64,000 bases of DNA from an uncultured Candidatus Sumerlaeota bacterium. GTDB taxonomy: Bacteria; CAYMEV01. The stretch is taken from NCBI GenBank assembly GCA_964389675.1, contig CAYMEV010000003.1:1-64000 (forward strand). Reading direction: 5' to 3'. Shown piece by piece: positions 58,242-64,000 of the stretch. The notes below the pieces were generated by a model. That model was not told the DNA's origin, made no database searches, and saw only the letters and a list, made by a program, of their open reading frames with translations. The translations under genes and the position numbers were made by a program. Each line of letters begins with the position of its first letter. Within the stretch, counting starts at the first letter, position 1.

Positions 58242-59576
58242 ATGAGAATAGCTTATTTTAGCCCTTTTCCGCCATCAGGGTCGGGCGTGGCGCATTTAAC
58301 CGGCAAGCTGCTGCCTCTGCTGTCCCGGAAAGCTGAGGTGGACCTATTCATTGATGACATTCATCCTGCTTTGATGGATAAAGAACCCTGCAATTCTTAT
58401 CATCATCTGAGATTTCCTTCCATACTGAAGGAAAAGGGCTATGATTCAATAATATATAATATCGGGAACAGCGAACATCATTATTATATACTTAATTATA
58501 TCTCAAGATACAGGGGAATAATCTTTTTGCATGAGGATGTCCTTCACCATTCACTGGCAAAATATCACCTTAAAAATAGAGATTACCCCGGTTACATAAA
58601 GGAGCTTTCATTAAATTACCCAAAAGACAATGAAAGGGTCCTTGATATATTCAGGTTTGTGAGTGCCGGTATCGGTGATGACAGGCTCTATGAGCAATAT
58701 CCGATGTCAGAATTCCTTATCAGGGCATCATGCGGTATTATTGTCATGTCCCGGCAGCTTAAGGAATCAGTAAACAGGAGATTTCCAGGGATACCTGTCA
58801 AAAAGATAAATCTGCCCTTTTTCATGCCTGCAGAGAATAATGCTTCATCAGGCCCGGTGCATAAGCAGAAAAGGGGAGAAACCAGCTTTATCGTCGGGAT
58901 ATTCGGCATGATAAGTCATTATAAGAGGATTTTCCCCATACTCAGTGCTGTCAGAGCCTTGTCGGGGCGTCTGAATATTAAAACCGTCATTGCGGGAAAA
59001 ACTGCTCCGGATATAGATCTTAACAGATATATTGAGGATAATAAACTGATGAATGTTCATTATTATGGATACCTCCCGCATAAGGAATTTATTTCGCTTA
59101 TAGGATCAAGCAGCCTGGTCGTAAATCTAAGGTATCCCAGTTTTGGAGAAATGTCTGCAGCGCTTATTGATGCCCTTGGCATGGGAAAGCCTGTTATGCT
59201 CTATGATACACCTCAGTTTGAAGATATCCCTGATGATGCTGTCATTAAGATCGGGCCCGGGATCGATGAAGAAAACACTATCGCAAATAAAATAAGGCAT
59301 CTGTATAATAACCGGGAAATTCTTGAAAAAACAGGCAAAAAGGCAAGAGAGTATATCTTAAATAACCATATGCCTGAGCAGGCAGTGGACGGGATTCTTG
59401 ATCTTGTTTCAGAGATTCAGGAAAAGCCGGGGATAAATCTGGATTATGCTGAATATGGCAGTGCTTCTGCCTTTAAAGAAACTATAATCGATAAGCACCT
59501 CCAGGAAAAAGATATCCCGGAAGAAAGGAAAAATGCTATAAGAGGCCAATGGAGACAGCCGGCTGATCCTTTATAG
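58242..59576 (+). CDS. GT4-like glycosyltransferase
   Basis: MRIAYFSPFPP.GSGV, YNIGNS..H, NLRYPSFGEMSAAL..ALGMGKP. Confidence 0.87.
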   Translation: MRIAYFSPFPPSGSGVAHLTGKLLPLLSRKAEVDLFIDDIHPALMDKEPCNSYHHLRFPSILKEKGYDSIIYNIGNSEHHYYILNYISRYRGIIFLHEDVLHHSLAKYHLKNRDYPGYIKELSLNYPKDNERVLDIFRFVSAGIGDDRLYEQYPMSEFLIRASCGIIVMSRQLKESVNRRFPGIPVKKINLPFFMPAENNASSGPVHKQKRGETSFIVGIFGMISHYKRIFPILSAVRALSGRLNIKTVIAGKTAPDIDLNRYIEDNKLMNVHYYGYLPHKEFISLIGSSSLVVNLRYPSFGEMSAALIDALGMGKPVMLYDTPQFEDIPDDAVIKIGPGIDEENTIANKIRHLYNNREILEKTGKKAREYILNNHMPEQAVDGILDLVSEIQEKPGINLDYAEYGSASAFKETIIDKHLQEKDIPEERKNAIRGQWRQPADPL

Positions 59577-59578
59577 TT

Positions 59579-60316
59579 ATGAGAAGATTTTTTTATAAAA
59601 ATGTTTTATTTCCCATTATGCTTATTTGTTTTCTATTGCCGGGCTTAAGTCAGACTGCAGGCCAGGGTATTCCTGAAAGCTCCAGGTCCCGGGAGGTCAT
59701 AGCGCGCATTAAGCCCGTCCTGGAAAAAACCCTTCAGGAGCATGGCCTTAATATTGGATCCCCTGTATTTATCAGGATATACAAGGAAGAAAAGGAACTT
59801 GAGCTTTTTATAATGAATGATACAGGATTTAAGCTTTTCAGGACATATTCTGTATGCACCTGGGGAAACAAAGGCCTCGGGCCAAAGATCAGGCAGGGGG
59901 ACGGCAAGGCCCCTGAAGGCTTTTATTATGTTGTCCCGGGCCGTCTTAACCCTCTGAGCAATTTTCATCTCTCCTTTAATATAGGTTATCCCAATGAATA
60001 TGACAGGTATCACAAAAGAAGCGGCAGTTATATCATGGTTCACGGAAGCTGTGTCTCCATAGGGTGCTTTGCAATGACAGACCCTGTCATTGAGGAGATC
60101 TATACCATTATTGATTCTGCTTTCAGAAACGGGCAGCCGTTTTTCAGGATACATACATTCCCCTTCAGGATGACTGATGAAAATATGAATAGATACCGTG
60201 ATTCAAAATGGTATGAGTTCTGGAAAAACCTGAAAGAGGGTTACGATTTCTTTGAGGATAACGGGAATATACCACCTGATGTCAAAGTCAGCAGTGGGAA
60301 ATATATATTTGAGTAG
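59579..60316 (+). CDS. YafK/DpaA-like L,D-transpeptidase family protein
   Basis: FIRIYKEE, GPK..QGD..PEGFY, IMVHGSCVSIGC. Confidence 0.88.
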   Translation: MRRFFYKNVLFPIMLICFLLPGLSQTAGQGIPESSRSREVIARIKPVLEKTLQEHGLNIGSPVFIRIYKEEKELELFIMNDTGFKLFRTYSVCTWGNKGLGPKIRQGDGKAPEGFYYVVPGRLNPLSNFHLSFNIGYPNEYDRYHKRSGSYIMVHGSCVSIGCFAMTDPVIEEIYTIIDSAFRNGQPFFRIHTFPFRMTDENMNRYRDSKWYEFWKNLKEGYDFFEDNGNIPPDVKVSSGKYIFE

Positions 60317-60413
60317 AAAATACCTGCAGCTGATTTTATACAGGGGTTATGATAATTCCTTTATCAGAAAGCAGCCGGATTCAAAAGGTATTGCATTTAT
60401 GATAAGAACTGCC

Positions 60414-61214
60414 TTAAAATGTGTATACCAGTGAATTTGTGAGCTGGAAATCGTCCCTTTTCAGATCAGAAAAGGGCTCATTATCATATCTGAAAAGGGT
60501 ATTGATATGAAAGGACAGCTTTTCTACGATCGCTATCTCTATATTTGCCTCTGCCAGGACTCTGTAATCATCAAAATCTTCAATATCGACCTGGTAATAT
60601 CCTACGAGATTAAGTTTCAGCCTGTCATTCAGGGCTGCATTCATTGAAATATAGTTGGTAGAACGTATCAGGTATGTATATCTGAACTGGTCAGTATGAG
60701 ATTCCTCATCTTCTCTGTCATATTTCTCATATTCGTACATGAGACCTATGCCGATATTGAAGCTGATTTTCCTTGAATTTTTCCCCTCTCCCTTTTCCAG
60801 ATGCTGCGAGATGCGTACGCCGGTACCTAAAAGGTGCCTGTCATTAAGATAAAGAAACTTATCAAACTGCTTTTGGGCGAATGCTTCCAGGGCAAATGTA
60901 TCATCAAGGCTTTTGACTGTTCTCAGATGGCCGAAACCCTTGCTCAGATATGAGCTGTCATCCTTTTCCCCGTATTCGATATTACCGGCAAAAAAGGTAT
61001 TTAATCCCCCTTTGAGATAATCAAGCCTGAAACCGCCTTTAAGCAGGGTAAAGTCAGTATTGCCTGTATAATAGGAATAGGAGAAGCTTGTTCTTCCATG
61101 GAACCCGTCAGTATCATCCGAGCTTCTGTATATTTCAGTATTTACCTGGGATAATGAGGCCATTGAAAATAATAGCATAAAAGCCAGAGAATAAACAAAG
61201 ATTCTTTTCAGCAT
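60414..61214 (-). CDS. DUF481-like outer-membrane beta-barrel protein
   Basis: Signal peptide, GNTD motif, amphipathic strands, C-terminal YTF; GGAGG RBS before ATG 61214. Confidence 0.8.
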   Translation of the reverse strand: MLKRIFVYSLAFMLLFSMASLSQVNTEIYRSSDDTDGFHGRTSFSYSYYTGNTDFTLLKGGFRLDYLKGGLNTFFAGNIEYGEKDDSSYLSKGFGHLRTVKSLDDTFALEAFAQKQFDKFLYLNDRHLLGTGVRISQHLEKGEGKNSRKISFNIGIGLMYEYEKYDREDEESHTDQFRYTYLIRSTNYISMNAALNDRLKLNLVGYYQVDIEDFDDYRVLAEANIEIAIVEKLSFHINTLFRYDNEPFSDLKRDDFQLTNSLVYTF

Positions 61215-61263
61215 ATTGATCCTCCAATTCATCAGTTTATAGAATATAATAAAGGATATAGCA

Positions 61264-62622
61264 TCATGCAGGTTTTTCAAAAATAAAAAATATATTGCCG
61301 TCCATATTCAAAGGTATCTCAAGATATCTTATGAACCATTCATATATATTTCCGTAAAGGCGCATTATATAGTTTTTATAGTACATCCGGTCATTTCTCG
61401 GGGTCATATATGTATTTATGGGCATAAGATATTCCTTTACCCTGAACCCTGATTCCAGAGCCGACCTCCTGATCAATTTCCTGTCAAGGGACCCTTCATA
61501 GATTGCCTGTTTTTTCATTGTTATAAGTGCTTCTGGTGTCTCAGAATGATAGGAACCTGGTTCCAGAAGGACAAGCCTGCCGTTCTTTTTCAGTACCCTG
61601 AAGCCTTCCCTGATAACCTTTGTATATTCAGGTATATGGTGAAGAGTTTCGATAACAACTATGGCATCAAAGCTAAATTCTGCGAAAGGAAGGACGGTGC
61701 TGTCTCCGCATACTGTCAGAAAATCAGGGAGAACAGGGTCTGTTTTTGGGAATTTTCTGCTGTCCCTGTATTTATTTATCCTTTGATTTCCAACTGAAAG
61801 CGTCTGAAGAGAAATATCATAGCCTATGACATTATAGCCAAGCTTGGAAAGCCATTCAGATGTCCAGCAGGAGCCTGCCCCAAGGTCCAGTATCCAGGAT
61901 CCCGGAGGAAGCTTATTCCTTGAAAGAATAGAAATAAAGTTGAATGCATATATATTGAAATTATCAATATGGGCAAAAGGATCAAGCTCATTCCATACCG
62001 AAGTGAAGTTTGATACATTTTTAGAGAATGGTTTTGAGAACAGAAAGCTGTATGTGTCAATATTATGAAAATCAAGAGGGGTTCTCTCCCTCTTCTTGAC
62101 TTTCCTTCTGAATCTGTAGAATTTGAACAGCCTGTGCAGGGAAAACAGCCTGCCCTTCCCAAGCTTGAGCCTTAGAAAGCCTATATGCTTTCCATCTTCA
62201 AGAGCGCTGCTTTCAATCTCATTCTGGAAGCTTCTGCCTTCATATACCAGGAATGGATACCTGACCTGCATTGAGAAATGGTTTTTTTTCATTCCATTTA
62301 ATTTAACAGGCAAAGTCCATCTTCCGGAGCATTTTTTATTTTTCCTGAAATCGTACAGGGGATATATCTCTATAATAATCCGGGATCTTTTACTGAACGG
62401 TGTTATTTTAAGTATGGTGAAATCAATGCTGAATTGATCATTATATATTATTGAATCTTCCTTGCGGAAGCTGAACAATATGCCGGAAAACAGCATTGCA
62501 GCAGCATTTTTTAAGGCTGATTTAAAATTATCCGGGTAATAGAGCCTTCTAAGCAGTCCGTATAAAGATGCAAAAAGGAAAGCTGGTATTACAAGAAGGT
62601 GCTTTATTATAATTTTTATCAT
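61264..62622 (-). CDS. Class I SAM methyltransferase with N-terminal anchor and extra domain
   Basis: ILDLGAGSCW, YDIS, LPFAEFSFD, TLHH, RVLKKNGRL..EPG. Confidence 0.83.
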   Translation of the reverse strand: MIKIIIKHLLVIPAFLFASLYGLLRRLYYPDNFKSALKNAAAMLFSGILFSFRKEDSIIYNDQFSIDFTILKITPFSKRSRIIIEIYPLYDFRKNKKCSGRWTLPVKLNGMKKNHFSMQVRYPFLVYEGRSFQNEIESSALEDGKHIGFLRLKLGKGRLFSLHRLFKFYRFRRKVKKRERTPLDFHNIDTYSFLFSKPFSKNVSNFTSVWNELDPFAHIDNFNIYAFNFISILSRNKLPPGSWILDLGAGSCWTSEWLSKLGYNVIGYDISLQTLSVGNQRINKYRDSRKFPKTDPVLPDFLTVCGDSTVLPFAEFSFDAIVVIETLHHIPEYTKVIREGFRVLKKNGRLVLLEPGSYHSETPEALITMKKQAIYEGSLDRKLIRRSALESGFRVKEYLMPINTYMTPRNDRMYYKNYIMRLYGNIYEWFIRYLEIPLNMDGNIFFIFEKPA

Positions 62623-62743
62623 TATTTTCCTAAATCTGATAAAATAGTATAGCTGTTATGTCAAGAATTTTTGCGGAGCTTTCTGCAGCTTTGATCAATT
62701 ATATAATTAATTTGATTTCTTGGTCTTTATAGTTTATTTTCTT

Positions 62744-63856
62744 ATGGAAATGAGAACGAATTCAAAGATCCTGTATAATTATATATTCTTTTTCTTCTGC
62801 CTCTACCTTTTTCTTGTGAGCATCCAGGGCATAGGCTCGGCCATAGGGTTTTTCGGAAGAGATTTCGTTGAAGCACTTATCAGAACCACAAGTATTCCCC
62901 TCTTAGGATTGATAATAGGCATCTTCACAACATCAGTGACCCAGAGCTCATCGTGTACTACAAGCATTACGGTTGGCCTGGTTTCTGCAGGCGCAATAAC
63001 CCTTGAGGGTTCCATCCCTATTATAATGGGCGCAAATATAGGTACAAGCGTAACAAATATTCTGGTCAGCATGGGCATGATAGGAAATAAGGCTGAATTC
63101 CGGAGGGCATTTGGCGGAGCGATCGTACATGATTTCTTCAATCTTTTCTGTGTCCTTCTGTTTTTTCCCCTTGAGATAAATTTCCATATTATTGAAAAGA
63201 TAGCCACAGTATTATCCAATATTTTTCAGGGGACAGGGGGCATCAAAATAGCATCTCCGCTAAAGCTTGTTACAAAGCCTGCCGAGGGTTTTATACTCAA
63301 TATTATTGAGTTCTTTTTTGGTGAGAAATCTTTAACAAGCGGGGTATTGGGCATTGTTCTTTTTATGGCCATTATGTTTTTTGCTCTGAGCAGATTGAGC
63401 AAAAGCATGAAGCGGATTATAATTGGAAAGGTTCAGAACCTCATGCATGGCTACCTTTTTGCAAAACCTGTAAGAAGCCTGGTCCTGGGGCTTATTCTTA
63501 CTGCGATAATCCAGAGCAGCTCTATAACTACATCTCTCGTCGTTCCTCTTGTAGGTGCAGGGATACTTGCGATCAGGCAAATCTATCCATATATACTGGG
63601 TGCAAACCTCGGGACCACTGTAACTTCATTTCTTGCTGCGCTTGCAACAGGGAATATCCTGCCTGTCACAACCTCTCTTTGCCATTTTACCTTTAACCTC
63701 CTTGGGATAATGGTCTTCTATCCCTTGAAAATGCTCCCTATCAGCCTTGCTGAATGGTTTTCAGGTATTGTGAGCAAGAAGAGATATATTGCAGTTATAT
63801 ATGTCATTCTGTTCTTTTTTGTAATTCCCCTTCTGCTATTATTAATTTTTAATTAG
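62744..63856 (+). CDS. Na/Pi cotransporter (NptA/SLC34-like)
   Basis: Twin QSSS and GANIGT/GANLGT repeats; start uncertain (62720-62750). Confidence 0.92.
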   Translation: MEMRTNSKILYNYIFFFFCLYLFLVSIQGIGSAIGFFGRDFVEALIRTTSIPLLGLIIGIFTTSVTQSSSCTTSITVGLVSAGAITLEGSIPIIMGANIGTSVTNILVSMGMIGNKAEFRRAFGGAIVHDFFNLFCVLLFFPLEINFHIIEKIATVLSNIFQGTGGIKIASPLKLVTKPAEGFILNIIEFFFGEKSLTSGVLGIVLFMAIMFFALSRLSKSMKRIIIGKVQNLMHGYLFAKPVRSLVLGLILTAIIQSSSITTSLVVPLVGAGILAIRQIYPYILGANLGTTVTSFLAALATGNILPVTTSLCHFTFNLLGIMVFYPLKMLPISLAEWFSGIVSKKRYIAVIYVILFFFVIPLLLLLIFN

Positions 63857-63866
63857 GAGTACTGTT

Positions 63867-64000
63867 ATGTTTAAGGACCTGTTTAAGATTCTGAAGAAAC
63901 CAAGCCTGCTGATCCAGTCCATTGAAGAAACACAAAGGATTTTAAATATTTCAAAGAGGATGTATTATTCTGCTAATGAGGCATTCATTAATGATATAAT
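63867..64000 (+). CDS. Partial CDS, likely PhoU-domain protein, cut by window end
   Basis: AGGAG RBS; MFKDLFKILKKPSLLIQSIEETQRIL open to the edge; follows the Na/Pi transporter. Confidence 0.55.
   Translation, partial: MFKDLFKILKKPSLLIQSIEETQRILNISKRMYYSANEAFINDI

Overview
About 64 kb of AT-rich bacterial chromosome, probably from a diderm anaerobe (Mla system, DUF481 outer-membrane barrel); the taxon cannot be fixed from the sequence. The right third is mostly housekeeping: rplI-dnaB-mlaE-mlaF-mlaD-hsp20-lon, guaB, comEC, a glycosyltransferase, a YafK-like enzyme and a Na/Pi transporter with a PhoU-like gene. The left two thirds are accessory. Highlights: (1) a 14.5 kb same-strand cluster of three class III nucleotidyl cyclase-STAND NTPase-TPR proteins (NLR-like, one with the tandem C1/C2 layout of soluble adenylyl cyclase) with a Ca2+-type P-ATPase inside it; (2) within that cluster, an unannotated array of ~50-bp hairpin units with compensatory stem changes, and a frameshifted DUF1566/CLec-like gene relic (a fold used as a DGR target) bracketed by inverted copies of the hairpin family; (3) a single-chain 1523-aa acyl-CoA carboxylase (CT-alpha, CT-beta, BC, BCCP) overlapping a divergent biotin ligase; (4) a cyanophycinase with an Arg/Glu/Asp-rich tail in a DUF134 operon with a clear double operator; (5) a secreted papain-like protease and partner gene beside a hairpin repeat and a possible IS end. 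No rRNA, tRNA, CRISPR array, reverse transcriptase or intact transposase was seen. All family calls come from reading motifs by eye, not from database searches.
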